From positions 1 to 64,000 of IMG/VR virus record IMGVR_UViG_2935124990_000001: 64,000 nucleotides of DNA. One strand, 5' to 3'. Positions 1 to 9,348 of the stretch are shown here, piece after piece. The DNA is from a virus. Lineage: Duplodnaviria > Caudoviricetes. The notes under the pieces were generated by a model. It had not been told where the DNA came from. It made no database searches and saw only the letters and a list, made by a program, of their open reading frames with translations. Made by a program: the position numbers and the translations under genes. Position 1 is the first letter of the stretch; every line of letters begins with the position of its first letter.

Positions 1-62
1 ACCGGCTGGCACGTGCCATATGTTGTGCAGACCACCGCCGCCCAGGCCTGCCGGAGGATGTC

Positions 63-1112
63 GTGCCCGCCTACATAGCCCAACCCGTCACCGTGTTCCC
101 CCAGCACCAGATCACCACGGCCGAGATCGCCGACGACATCCGCCACCACCACCCCGACCACCCCAAGCTCGGCGCGATCCTCCGCATGCTCACGAACACC
201 GGGGTGCAGACCCGCTACTTCACCCGCCCCCTCAACGCCCCCACCGTCGCCGGCACCGCCGGGGTCGACACCCGGGCGGCCACCGCGTTCAGCGACGCCC
301 TCGACCTCGCCACCGAAGCAGCCCGCCGTACCCTCACCCTCCACCGCCTGGCCCCGGTCGACGTCGACGCCATCATCACCACCCACTCCACCGGGTGGGC
401 CGTCCCCAACCTCGACATCCACCTCATCAACCGGCTCGGGCTGCGCCCCGACGTGCGGCGCATCGCACTGACCACCCTCGCCTGCGCCGGCGGCACCCAC
501 GCCCTGATTCGCGCCGTCGACATGGTCACCGCCCGGCCCGGCGCCACCGTCCTCGTCGTCGCCGCGGAGACCATCTCCGCCGTGTACAACCACGCCGACG
601 ACGCCGTGGAGCACATGATCTACAAAGCCCTGTTCGGCGACAGCGCCGCCGCCACCATCGTCACCAGCACCCCCCGCGGCCCCGGCCTCCACGTCACCGG
701 CCCCGACGACACGTACGAGCACGTCCTCCCGAACAGCCTCACCCGCTACAACGGCAGGGTCGACGCGACCGGCTTCCACTTCGACAGCACGAAGGCCGCG
801 CTCACCGCAGCCGACGACGTCCTCCCCGACCTCCTCAAGTGGCTCGGCCCCGAGCTCGTCGACTTCGGCGTCATCCACCCCGGGTCCCAGCGCATCATCA
901 ACGACACCGCCCGAGCGTTGGGCCTCGACGCGCACGACACCAGGCACAGCACCGACACCCTCGCCGAGGAGGGCAACCTCGGCGGGCCGTCCGTGCTGCG
1001 CATCCTCGAACGCACCCATGGCGAGCCGCCGGCCGCCGGGTCGCGCGGTGTGATGGTCGCCTACGGGCCCGGGTTCAACACCGCCGCGATCCGCGGCACC
1101 TGGCACGCCTGA
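63..1112 (+). CDS. Type III polyketide synthase (chalcone synthase-like, RppA/Gcs/PhlD-like)
   Basis: Catalytic triad contexts LACAGG (Cys), IHPG (His), EGNLGG (Asn); ALFGDSAAA and C-terminal YGPGF motifs; GGAGG RBS before GTG. Confidence 0.92.
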   Translation: MPAYIAQPVTVFPQHQITTAEIADDIRHHHPDHPKLGAILRMLTNTGVQTRYFTRPLNAPTVAGTAGVDTRAATAFSDALDLATEAARRTLTLHRLAPVDVDAIITTHSTGWAVPNLDIHLINRLGLRPDVRRIALTTLACAGGTHALIRAVDMVTARPGATVLVVAAETISAVYNHADDAVEHMIYKALFGDSAAATIVTSTPRGPGLHVTGPDDTYEHVLPNSLTRYNGRVDATGFHFDSTKAALTAADDVLPDLLKWLGPELVDFGVIHPGSQRIINDTARALGLDAHDTRHSTDTLAEEGNLGGPSVLRILERTHGEPPAAGSRGVMVAYGPGFNTAAIRGTWHA

Positions 1113-1168
1113 CCAGATGCTCTGGAGAAAGTCACCAAAGGAAGTGCTGCAGAAGAGATGATGGGCAC

Positions 1169-1462
1169 ATGGCGCAAGACCTGATCACCATTACCATCCC
1201 CGCGGCGGGTAAGCCCGACTGCCCCGACTGGGAAGGCGGGCGGAAGGTCACCGTCACCCCGAGGACCTTGACCCTGCACTACCGCCCTGGCCACCCCGAT
1301 GCCATACGGGCAGAGGTCACCGGCCCGTGGAAGCCAAGCCGTCCGGGCATCCTCTATGACCGGCCCGGTGACATGACGGTCTTCTACGACGAAGACGCCC
1401 CCGGCCAATGGCCCACCTGGATCCGCGACCTTGCAGCGCAGTTCCGGCCTGCTGCAACCTGA
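1169..1462 (+). CDS. Hypothetical protein (97 aa)
   Basis: Protein-like C-terminal part of ORF 20..1462, starting MAQDLITITIP. Confidence 0.55.
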   Translation: MAQDLITITIPAAGKPDCPDWEGGRKVTVTPRTLTLHYRPGHPDAIRAEVTGPWKPSRPGILYDRPGDMTVFYDEDAPGQWPTWIRDLAAQFRPAAT

Positions 1463-1538
1463 CCCGTTCCTGCGCCCCCGCGTCGGCCCGCACCCGACCG
1501 GGGGCAACAAACCGGGCTGACGGGCACAGCATGGAGGC

Positions 1539-1988
1539 ATGAGCCCTTCCCCTCGCTCCAGCGAGTCCAACCTCGTCGCCCACGCCCGCCACGAACTCCG
1601 CGTCCTCGGCGAAGACCCCGACACCATCCGCGGCCTCTGCAAGGTCGTCCAAGCGTTCGCCGACATGGGGCACAGCGGAGGCAGTGCACCCCACGCCATC
1701 GCCTACCTGGAGCGCCTCCTGCGATTCCAGCCCCTTACCGACCTCACCGACGACCCCGCCGAGTGGATCGACCGGTACGCCGAAGGCATGACCTCGACCC
1801 CTCTCTGGCAGTCCAACCGCAACAGCGAGGCGTTCTCCACCGATGGCGGGAAGACTTACTACCTCCTGTCCGAGCAGCAGGCCGCCGGGGACATCGCCAC
1901 CACCCCGCTCCACCGCTCTACCGAGCTTCCGCGAGCAGAGATGACCATCACCACCTGGCCTGATGAGGCCGCGGTGAAGGAATCATGA
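1539..1988 (+). CDS. Conserved phage hypothetical protein
   Basis: GHSGGSA...PLTDLTDDPAEW motif typical of phage proteins; GGAGG RBS; ATGA overlap with next gene. Confidence 0.75.
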   Translation: MSPSPRSSESNLVAHARHELRVLGEDPDTIRGLCKVVQAFADMGHSGGSAPHAIAYLERLLRFQPLTDLTDDPAEWIDRYAEGMTSTPLWQSNRNSEAFSTDGGKTYYLLSEQQAAGDIATTPLHRSTELPRAEMTITTWPDEAAVKES

Positions 1989-2674
1989 GCGTCGCCCCGG
2001 AACCTGACCAGTCGGGCCTGAACGACTGGCACAAGGCAGGCTGCTCCCGAACCGGCGCCAACCAGCACACCCTCCAGTGGGGGCGCTGCGCCCACGCCAA
2101 ATCACCCACTGAGGAATCCTTCATCGTCGCCAGAACCGCCCTCGCGACCCCAGAGTCTTGGCCCTACATCTGCGGCACCCCGCGCCACACCAAGCTCCTG
2201 GACTGGCTGCGCGCACACGGCATTGAGCCCAGCTTCGTCTCCTCCGACGATCCCGTCGGCCTCGCGACCGGATCTGACGGCACCCGCCTCATCGAGTACA
2301 CGCAGTACCTCGTCACTGCGGAAGGACACAAATACCTGGACCCGAAGAACCTCACGGTCGCCGCCAAGGAAACCCGCCGCACACCCGTGAAGACCGACCC
2401 CCCGCGGCCGAAGCGCGCCGACATCACCACCCTCGCGCTCCTCCAAGCAATCCACGACCACGCCACACGCCCCGTCCCGCCCGGGAAGCACCGGTGGGAG
2501 ATCCCGGGCGCCTGGTGGACGCTGTGCACGGTTTACCCGGAGAAGGTCGTCACCGCCGCCTACGTCCGGGAGGACGACCGCAGGCACCTGGAGTGCGGTG
2601 TCAGCCTCCGTACGAGCTGGCTCACCGACGAAGGGCGGGCCCGCCTTGTCGAACTGCGAGGCGCCCCGACCTGA
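1985..2674 (+). CDS. Hypothetical protein
   Basis: Translationally coupled to upstream gene; normal amino-acid composition. Confidence 0.7.
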   Translation: MSVAPEPDQSGLNDWHKAGCSRTGANQHTLQWGRCAHAKSPTEESFIVARTALATPESWPYICGTPRHTKLLDWLRAHGIEPSFVSSDDPVGLATGSDGTRLIEYTQYLVTAEGHKYLDPKNLTVAAKETRRTPVKTDPPRPKRADITTLALLQAIHDHATRPVPPGKHRWEIPGAWWTLCTVYPEKVVTAAYVREDDRRHLECGVSLRTSWLTDEGRARLVELRGAPT

Positions 2675-2689
2675 CCGGCAAGCTGCGCC

Positions 2690-3460
2690 CTACGGTGCGA
2701 CGCGCCCGTTGGTGTTGAACGCGGCGTGCGTGAGCGGCATCAGCCCCGCCCAGTGCGCCTCCATCAGCTCCCCCGCCATCTCAATCTCGCGCTGAGGAAA
2801 GGACGGGACCTTGGCGTCGGGGTGGGTGGTGCGGAGCCCCAGGAAGTGCATCAGCGACCTGGCGTTGCACGTCGCGTAGACCGACGAGTACAGGCCGACC
2901 GGGAGAACCGATCGGGCCACCTCCCGGGCCACACCCGCCGCCAGCATCCCCTGGTACGCCTCGTACGCCTGCCTGTACGACGCCTTCATCGCCGTCCGGG
3001 TCAAGTAGTGCTGCTCCGCCGAGCCCTCCACGAACCGGTACTGGCCGGGCCGGCCCTCCTGGACGAGCTGCCGGTCGTACCCCGGGATGTAGAACACAGG
3101 CTCCAGCTCCCGGTACCTCCCCGACTCCTCGTTGTACGACCAGCCGGCCCGGTGCCGCATGAACTCGCGGAACACGAAGATCGGGGCGCTGATGAAGAAC
3201 GTCATCGACGTGTGTTCCCAAGGTGATCCATGCCTGTCCCGCATCAGGTAGTTGATCAGCCCCCGGTCCCGGGCCGTCTGCGGGTGCTCCACCGCGGCGT
3301 GCTCCAGGTCGACCATGGCACGGGCCGGAAAGCTGCGCTCGCCCAGGGTGGACACCCGGGCCGCGAACAGCACGTCCGCATCGGACGCGGACGCCTTCAC
3401 CAGCTCCACGGTGACGTCGTCACGGAACTTCGGCTGGGCGGGCATAGGGGTGTCGGTCAC
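2690..3460 (-). CDS. thyX: FAD-dependent thymidylate synthase
   Basis: HGSPWEH, REFMRHRAGWSYNEESGRY (RHRX7S motif), AREVARSVLP, NARSLMHFLGLR, QREI. Confidence 0.95.
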   Translation of the reverse strand: MTDTPMPAQPKFRDDVTVELVKASASDADVLFAARVSTLGERSFPARAMVDLEHAAVEHPQTARDRGLINYLMRDRHGSPWEHTSMTFFISAPIFVFREFMRHRAGWSYNEESGRYRELEPVFYIPGYDRQLVQEGRPGQYRFVEGSAEQHYLTRTAMKASYRQAYEAYQGMLAAGVAREVARSVLPVGLYSSVYATCNARSLMHFLGLRTTHPDAKVPSFPQREIEMAGELMEAHWAGLMPLTHAAFNTNGRVAP

Positions 3461-3668
3461 CAGGGGCTCCAGGAAAGGGAAGGGTACTGCTCGGTGACAC
3501 CAATTTTACGGCGGTTCGAGCCGATATATCCCCCTGGTTCAGGCCCAGTTGTCCGACTCTGCACCGCGTTGTCAGTGCCCCGTGGCACGCTGACCTTCCG
3601 GTGGTGGTCCCGCCTCGAAGCCGATGCCACCACCGGGCCCCACCCGCACCAAGGCGAGGACCCTTCCC

Positions 3669-3929
3669 ATGGCACTGAACTGGCGCGACGCCGCCACCCT
3701 CGAACTCAACGACAAGCTGATCAACAACCCGAACGCCGGCCACAATCAGTTGGACCGGCTCCACGGTGTTCGGGTCGCGGTTGAGGGCGGCTTCCTCCAC
3801 ATCGACCCCCGCCGGGACGCGGGGAGCGGCCAGGACCTGTTCATGGTTCCGGCTGCCGCGGTACGCAGGGTGGTGTACCGGGAGCCGGTAGCCGCCGAGC
3901 CGTTCATGGTCGAAGTCCAGACCGGTTGA
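3669..3929 (+). CDS. Hypothetical protein (86 aa)
   Basis: GAGGA RBS before ATG at 3669; followed by a hairpin. Confidence 0.6.
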   Translation: MALNWRDAATLELNDKLINNPNAGHNQLDRLHGVRVAVEGGFLHIDPRRDAGSGQDLFMVPAAAVRRVVYREPVAAEPFMVEVQTG

Positions 3930-3943
3930 CCCCGGACACACCG

Positions 3944-3971
3944 CGGCCCCCACCCAGACGGGTGGGGGCTG
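3944..3971 (+). terminator. Stem-loop terminator
   Basis: cggcccccaccc-agac-gggtgggggctg just after the stop at 3929. Confidence 0.55.
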
Positions 3972-4138
3972 TCATCTTTCCCGAACCGTCCACGCACCGT
4001 GTGGGCGTGTGCCATGCTGGGGCCCTGCCCGCGAGAGCGGGCTGTGCCACCCTTCTCCGCACAAGCGGAGGTGGTCCCAGTCTTTCTAGACAATGGGTGG
4101 CAGAAGTTGCTTCCTGCCCCGCGTGAGCGGAGCACAGC

Positions 4139-4174
4139 ACGAAGGCCCCCGCCCGCTTGGGTGGGGGCCTTCGT
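4139..4174 (-). terminator. Stem-loop terminator
   Basis: acgaaggcccccgccc...gggtgggggccttcgt directly after the stop of the 4174..4395 gene. Confidence 0.6.
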
Positions 4175-4395
4175 CATGCCCGGTCGGTGCGGCGGCCAGG
4201 TTGCCGGTCGGTGGCGACAGCGCGTACTTCTTCGGCGTGCCACAGGGCGACGATGCGCCCGCTTTCCGGGTGGCGGGCTTCGCCGGCGCGCTTGATGCCG
4301 CGCCGGGAGAGGAGGCCGCTGGCGCTCTTCGGCTTGATCCCGAGGTGTTCGGCGGCTTTCTGGGTGGTCCACAGTTCGGGGGTAGGGTCGGGCAC
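4174..4395 (-). CDS. Small MerR/excisionase-like HTH DNA-binding protein
   Basis: LWTTQKAAEHLGIKPKSASGLLSRRG HTH; C-terminal PGRRTD. Confidence 0.7.
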   Translation of the reverse strand: MPDPTPELWTTQKAAEHLGIKPKSASGLLSRRGIKRAGEARHPESGRIVALWHAEEVRAVATDRQPGRRTDRA

Positions 4396-4468
4396 GTGCG
4401 GGCTCCTTCCGTGCCAGTACGGCCCGCGACCGGGGTGCATCCGGTGGCGGGCCGTGGCTGTGTGAGGG

Positions 4469-4924
4469 TCAGCGGTGGGTCCAGGCCCACATCGCATCGT
4501 CGTACAGTTTCTTGGGGATGCTATCCCCGGCCACCACAGCCATCTGTGCGGCCGTGTAGTGGTAGCGGATCTCCCAGAAGATCTCGGCCTGCCGGTACTT
4601 GAAGTCGACGGCGTAGTCTTCCGGGTCGGTCTCGCGGAAGATTTCGACCCAGTCTCCGGGAGCGGCAGCCTTGGCTTTCTCGTAGAGCTCGAAGTAGTCC
4701 TCTTCTGTCATGCGGTTGAGGGCGATGCGCTCCGCCTCTTCTTGGGTGAGGGTGGCCATCTGGCGGGTGAGGGCGTACACCGCCTCCCAGTTGTCCCCGT
4801 ACTTGGCTCGGCGCTCTTCGTCGGTGGGGGCGTCCAGGTCCTCGCGGGGGGTCTGGTAGTCCAGGGTTGCGTCGACCCAGTCCTCCCGGGTCCGGTAGTT
4901 GCTGATGTCCAGAAGGTCTTTCAT
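4469..4924 (-). CDS. Acidic hypothetical protein
   Basis: AAGGAG RBS; promoter with TTGACA upstream. Confidence 0.75.
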   Translation of the reverse strand: MKDLLDISNYRTREDWVDATLDYQTPREDLDAPTDEERRAKYGDNWEAVYALTRQMATLTQEEAERIALNRMTEEDYFELYEKAKAAAPGDWVEIFRETDPEDYAVDFKYRQAEIFWEIRYHYTAAQMAVVAGDSIPKKLYDDAMWAWTHR

Positions 4925-4971
4925 GGAGGCTCCTTCTCCGTGCCGGTGGCGGGTGCCCTTGGCGATGACCT

Positions 4972-4997
4972 AACCTTGCAGTACGTACTGCAAGGTT
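4972..4997. promoter_or_regulatory. Perfect 26-bp palindromic operator overlapping a leftward promoter
   Basis: AACCTTGCAGTAC|GTACTGCAAGGTT; a minus-strand TTGACA abuts it. Confidence 0.7.
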
Positions 4998-5085
4998 GTC
5001 AAGGGGGGTGCGGCCCCCACCGGACGGGTGGGGGCGTTTGCGCGTTCACGCCCAGCGGCCGGCGTCTACCCGGCAGAATCAGCCC

Positions 5086-5265
5086 ATGCCGCACACCACA
5101 GACACCACCATCCCGGCCGGGCGAGTCGCATGCTGGGACTGCCACAGCACCGGGCACATCGAAAACCCCTACGCCCACGACTGCGACGGGCCGCTCTGCC
5201 AGGACCCGGATGTCATCGAATGCACCACCTGCGACGGGGACGGACACCTACCGGACGAGGGCTAG
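5086..5265 (+). CDS. Small DnaJ-type zinc-finger protein
   Basis: CWDCHSTG and CTTCDGDG (CxxCxGxG-like) motifs. Confidence 0.6.
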   Translation: MPHTTDTTIPAGRVACWDCHSTGHIENPYAHDCDGPLCQDPDVIECTTCDGDGHLPDEG

Positions 5266-5275
5266 CCCGACTGCT

Positions 5276-6112
5276 TCACCTGTTCCGAAGAAGCCGGTCA
5301 ATCGTTGTGCGGGCGACACCGGACGCCCGCTGAATCGTGGTCTTCGGAAGGTCCCATTCCGTAGCCCACGTCAGAAGCGCGTCTCGACTGCTCGTGCCCG
5401 CCCTCGACCGCTTCTCGTTCTCGGGCAGCTCCCCCCAGCAGGCCAGCAGGCGATGAGGCAAGTCAGCAAGCCAGGGGCGCAGGGGGTCAACTCGGTCTTC
5501 GTCCTTGACTCGCCGGGCCTCTTGGGGCGTGTATGCGGCGATCCACCGGTTCGGGCGGGGCGTCACAGTGGGGTCGGGCATCTCTCGCACGGCGGTAACG
5601 CGCAGCTCGACCGCGCGGGCTCGGAGCCGTCGAATGTGCTCCTCGGTCGCCTCCGCCAATGGCATCTCAGCCTGGAGGTCGGCGGGGACGTGCTGAGCCA
5701 GGAGCCTCTTGGCGGCAAGCGCCGCGTCATGTGCGAACTGGTCCTGCTCGTCGTAGACGTGGTAGGTGTCGTGCCAGCTCTTCATCCGCCCGAGGTGCCC
5801 CGTGAAGGTGCTGGCCAGTCGGTCGGTTCGCAGAGCTTTCGACAGGGTGTGCAGGGTGGTGAACCAGGGCCAGTCCGCTGATGTGTCCAAGGAGATTTCG
5901 TCGGCGGTGTCCCGGGCGTCCCGGGGGCTTCCCAGCAGTTCGACCTGGGCCAGAAGGATCCCGCCGTTGCGCAGGTGGATGGTGTAGCCGGCCTGTTGGT
6001 TCCACTGGTCGATGTCTACGGTCTCGGTGAAGACGCCGGTCGTGTAGGTGATGTGGAGTCCGTCCTGCGGCTTGTAGTCGTTGTCCCGCAGTTGAACGTC
6101 GAGAGAGGTCAT
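5276..6112 (-). CDS. Hypothetical protein with C-terminal HTH (probably leaderless)
   Basis: KTTIQRASGVARTTIDRLL HTH; no RBS, -10-like TAGCGT 7 nt before the ATG. Confidence 0.7.
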   Translation of the reverse strand: MTSLDVQLRDNDYKPQDGLHITYTTGVFTETVDIDQWNQQAGYTIHLRNGGILLAQVELLGSPRDARDTADEISLDTSADWPWFTTLHTLSKALRTDRLASTFTGHLGRMKSWHDTYHVYDEQDQFAHDAALAAKRLLAQHVPADLQAEMPLAEATEEHIRRLRARAVELRVTAVREMPDPTVTPRPNRWIAAYTPQEARRVKDEDRVDPLRPWLADLPHRLLACWGELPENEKRSRAGTSSRDALLTWATEWDLPKTTIQRASGVARTTIDRLLRNR

Positions 6113-6143
6113 GCGCTACACGCTACACGTAGCGCGTAGCGCA
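6112..6143. promoter_or_regulatory. Imperfect 32-bp palindrome with four GCTAC/GTAGC boxes over the promoter of 5276..6112
   Basis: tgcGCTACacGCTACacGTAGCgcGTAGCgca. Confidence 0.55.
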
Positions 6144-6157
6144 CACAAGGGGTTGAC

Positions 6158-6634
6158 CTAGACGTCAAGCACCGCCCACACCCTGCGCCCGTCCTCCGCC
6201 GTATCCGTCCCGCACGACACCGCACCCAACTGGGACAGCTCCCGCAGGACCGCACCGTCCGCGACCGTGAGCCCCGGCCGGTGCGACAGGGCGACGATGA
6301 GGGCCTGCCGGTTCTGGTCCGCAAGGTGCACGGACACCCGCCGGCCGCCGTCCGCGACCGCGGTCCGCACCAGCAGCTCCGTCAGCCCTGCCGCCGCCTC
6401 GTCGGCCTCCCGATACCCCCACTCGTGCAACCGGCCCAGCGCGAACCCCGACGCCTTCCGTGCCGACCACGGGGCGACCTCCAGCGACCAGGCAGCCGTC
6501 CGCCGATTCCGCACCTGCATCCGGGCCCTCGGCGTAACCGCCAAGCCGGTCTCCGGGCGCGGTGGCGACAGGGGGCGCTTCGGCGGGGGCGGTGTCTTCG
6601 GCGGGTAGTCCGGAGTGTGCTCAACGGCAGCCAT
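6158..6634 (-). CDS. Anti-sigma-like HATPase-fold protein (degenerate)
   Basis: LHEWG...LTELLVRTAVADG...GRRVWAVL resembles Streptomyces RsbW-like ATP-binding proteins; N-box Asn and G boxes not evident. Confidence 0.55.
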   Translation of the reverse strand: MAAVEHTPDYPPKTPPPPKRPLSPPRPETGLAVTPRARMQVRNRRTAAWSLEVAPWSARKASGFALGRLHEWGYREADEAAAGLTELLVRTAVADGGRRVSVHLADQNRQALIVALSHRPGLTVADGAVLRELSQLGAVSCGTDTAEDGRRVWAVLDV

Positions 6635-6703
6635 CAGCGGCCTCCCAGCTCGGCGCGAGCACTCATCGTAGAACCCCGGGCTACGCCCGGTCAGCGACTC
6701 CGG

Positions 6704-6829
6704 TCAGGCTGCGGTCGGCTTCTTCGCGGGGAGCTTCGCCCGGCACGTGGCGCAGAGGGGGTTCCCGCCGTGCCCGTACCGGTGGGTGGGCTGACGGCAG
6801 GAGGCGCAGGGGCCGGTCTGGGTGCTCAT
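6704..6829 (-). CDS. Small Cys4 zinc-binding protein
   Basis: CASC...LCATC in 41 aa. Confidence 0.5.
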   Translation of the reverse strand: MSTQTGPCASCRQPTHRYGHGGNPLCATCRAKLPAKKPTAA

Positions 6830-6955
6830 AACCCCAGCGTACGACTGGTGCGAAACGATCCTGCGGAGGCCCCGACGAGCCCCCCGAAACGCACGAAAGT
6901 GGCCCACCACCCCAAGCGGGGCAGTGGGCCACGGTGCTGTGCAGCACCCTCACGG

Positions 6956-7624
6956 TCACCGTACGCGGCGCGGGCCCGGCACGTAAGGCAACAACACCCT
7001 GTCCACCCGCGCCACCACAGCGGCCGCCCGGGCCGGGTCGTGGGCTTTCGGGGCGGCGGCCAGGGTCGGTACGAGACGGGCCGGGCCGAGGACGTGCACC
7101 GCCCCGCCCCAGTCCGGTGCGGACGCTTCCAACCGGCCGCCGGCGATCGGGGAACCGTGGACAACGAGGAGCGGCCACACCACCACCCCCGGCAGATCCA
7201 GGGTGCGGGCGACACGGGCCGCATACCGGGCAACAGCATCAACCTGGGCCTGCCGGTCGTCCGCCCCGCAGTGCACCCGCCCGCCGACCAGCGTGGTGGT
7301 GCGCCCGCGGTGCCAGTGCTTCGAGTCCAGCACCACGACCGCCGTCCCGCACGGGCTGATCAGGAGGTGGTCGAGGTTGGCCCGGGACCCGGGCATCCGA
7401 AGGTCGTGCCGTATCGCCCACCCCTGCGACTCCAGGGCGGCCACCAGGCGGGCCGTCTCCGCTTCCCCGGCGGCACCGTGCTCCCACCGGGCCGCCACAG
7501 CGTCCGCGCGCCGCACACGGCCCGTACGAACCCCGAGGGCGGCGAGGAGCCGCTGCCACACCCCACGCCGGGCGTTCGCGCGCAGCTCGGCAGCCTGGGC
7601 GGCCGCACTATTCCGGATCGTCAC
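6956..7624 (-). CDS. NERD-domain nuclease
   Basis: GAAGEAET, HDLRMPGSRANLDHLLI, VLDSKHW. Confidence 0.85.
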   Translation of the reverse strand: MTIRNSAAAQAAELRANARRGVWQRLLAALGVRTGRVRRADAVAARWEHGAAGEAETARLVAALESQGWAIRHDLRMPGSRANLDHLLISPCGTAVVVLDSKHWHRGRTTTLVGGRVHCGADDRQAQVDAVARYAARVARTLDLPGVVVWPLLVVHGSPIAGGRLEASAPDWGGAVHVLGPARLVPTLAAAPKAHDPARAAAVVARVDRVLLPYVPGPRRVR

Positions 7625-8028
7625 AGCCCCTCCCCGTGTCGGCGCGCCCGCGCCTCCATGCCACACTGCTCGGCCGTCAGCCCGAAGTACTGCCCCAGCT
7701 CCACCCACACCGCCACCCACGTCCGCGCCTCCCGAATCCGGGCCAGGGTGCGCTGCGCAGCATCCGAAGTCTGACGTTGCAGGTTCAGGGCAGCGACCGT
7801 AGCGACTCGCGCCTGTTCCTTCGCCTCACGGGCCTGGTCGGCCAGCCGCCGGTTCTCGTTCTCCAGGTACACCGCCCACCGGCGGGCCCGGTCCCGCTCG
7901 TCCACGGCGGCCGCCAGGCGCTCCCGCAGTACGTCCAGGTCGTCGTCCTCCAGCCGGCACCCGGGCCCGGTCGACGCGATCAACCGGGCACGCTGCTCCC
8001 GCAACTCAGCGGGCGTCTTCTCGGTCAT
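7621..8028 (-). CDS. Coiled-coil hypothetical protein
   Basis: Coupled overlaps on both sides; heptad-rich. Confidence 0.65.
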   Translation of the reverse strand: MTEKTPAELREQRARLIASTGPGCRLEDDDLDVLRERLAAAVDERDRARRWAVYLENENRRLADQAREAKEQARVATVAALNLQRQTSDAAQRTLARIREARTWVAVWVELGQYFGLTAEQCGMEARARRHGEGL

Positions 8029-8297
8029 GCCGTGTCTCCCTTGGACTGCTCCAGAACGTATCCGGTGCGGCGGGGCGCCCCGTCGCGGGTGGTGGCGGTG
8101 GCGTGGAGTTGGGTGACTTCGATGGCGCGCCGGCGGATCTCTCGGCCGTCCGTGGTGACGGTGACGACGGCGACCTTCCCGAAGTGGTAGAGGCCAACGA
8201 TGCTGACCGGCTCGCCAACTACCTTGATGCGGGCTGGCCCGTCGGCGGGGTGGTGGCGGTTGCTGAGGCTGCGGTAGATCTGTCCGGGCTGGATCAT
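8025..8297 (-). CDS. Hypothetical phage protein
   Basis: MIQPGQIYRS start, AAGGAG RBS, ATGA overlaps. Confidence 0.7.
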   Translation of the reverse strand: MIQPGQIYRSLSNRHHPADGPARIKVVGEPVSIVGLYHFGKVAVVTVTTDGREIRRRAIEVTQLHATATTRDGAPRRTGYVLEQSKGDTA

Positions 8298-8518
8298 GCT
8301 GCGGTCTCCTTGGGGTTCCAGGTGTCGGGTCCGGGGATGGTGGTGACACGCCGCCCCCGGTGCCAGGTCGGCCAGTAGTGGCGTGGCGGGGTGTCGTACA
8401 GGGCGGGCAGGGTGTGGTTGCCCCGGCAGGATCGTGCGGGGCCGTGAGGCCAGAGGCCGGCCGCGGTGACAGCTATGTGCCGGTGGCAGTACGCGCACTG
8501 GCCACGGCGGGCGGGCAT
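8294..8518 (-). CDS. Small Cys/His hypothetical protein
   Basis: CAYC..H..C; fills the gap in the operon, stop overlaps next start. Confidence 0.45.
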   Translation of the reverse strand: MPARRGQCAYCHRHIAVTAAGLWPHGPARSCRGNHTLPALYDTPPRHYWPTWHRGRRVTTIPGPDTWNPKETAA

Positions 8519-9348
8519 GGGGTGTCGTCCAGGTCGCCGCCGCCGAGGACAAGGCGCATCCGCCCCTTCTTCACCACCGGGCCCTGACCGGGCTTCGGCC
8601 AGTCGTCCGCACACAGCCCATGCGTCGGCGGCTCCCAGAACCGCCCTGCGTAGTGCCGGTAGACCTTCTCCCAGTCCGCCTTGAAGTAGCAGGGCAGCAG
8701 CCCACCCTTGTTCGGCAACGGGTCCGGGGCGGACTCGTTCTGGGCGCGGAGCTGTTCGGTGACCCGCTCGGCATGGTTCTGGTGCCGCCGGCAGAACCAG
8801 TGCGCGGTTATCCAGCCGGTGACCGGGTCCTTCTCGAGAACCCGGTATCGGGAGTTCGCCCCGCACACCCCGTCCTCGGTGCGCCAGTCCCGGGGCGGCG
8901 TGTACGCGGCCATCGCCTCCGCCTTCAACGCGGCAAGGTCGGCCGGCAGCTGGTAGGGGCGGATCGGGGAAGGGGTGTGAGGATCGGGCTCGTACGGGCT
9001 GGCGGGCTTGGGCTGGTAGGGGCGGAGACGCGGGGCCTGGCATGCCACGGTGTGGGCGTGCACGTCCACGTCCCGGGGTGTCTTGTACCGGGGGACGTCG
9101 GCGGCCATCAGCCCGTCGTAGCGGGGCCTGCCTGCCGCGGTGCGACCCAGGACTCGGCGGGCCTCCCGGAGCGGGCTGACACCGCTCTCTCGGTCGTTGA
9201 GGTACACGGCGTACGCGATGGCGAGGAGCAGTTCGCGGGCCTCGGGGTTGGCGCGCTCGTCGTTGTAGATGGCGCGGACAATCTGCTCGTACGTGCGGGG
9301 CTTCTTCTCCTGCTGGGGGACGGTGGCGAGGCTGCGGGGTGCTCCCAT
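8473..9348 (-). CDS. Hypothetical protein, possible zinc-binding
   Basis: AGGAG RBS; C..CG..FCRRH pattern. Confidence 0.7.
   Translation of the reverse strand: MGAPRSLATVPQQEKKPRTYEQIVRAIYNDERANPEARELLLAIAYAVYLNDRESGVSPLREARRVLGRTAAGRPRYDGLMAADVPRYKTPRDVDVHAHTVACQAPRLRPYQPKPASPYEPDPHTPSPIRPYQLPADLAALKAEAMAAYTPPRDWRTEDGVCGANSRYRVLEKDPVTGWITAHWFCRRHQNHAERVTEQLRAQNESAPDPLPNKGGLLPCYFKADWEKVYRHYAGRFWEPPTHGLCADDWPKPGQGPVVKKGRMRLVLGGGDLDDTPCPPAVASARTATGT

Noticed and set aside
20-1168. Long Arg/Pro-rich ORFs such as 20..1462, 34381..36996, 42909..45008, 53294..55405 and 55968..58253
   Set aside because: Off-frame or antisense shadows of real genes caused by high GC and few stop codons; no motifs
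4972-4997. Perfect palindrome as a protelomerase telRL site
   Set aside because: No protelomerase-like gene recognised nearby, and the site sits in a promoter spacer, which fits an operator better
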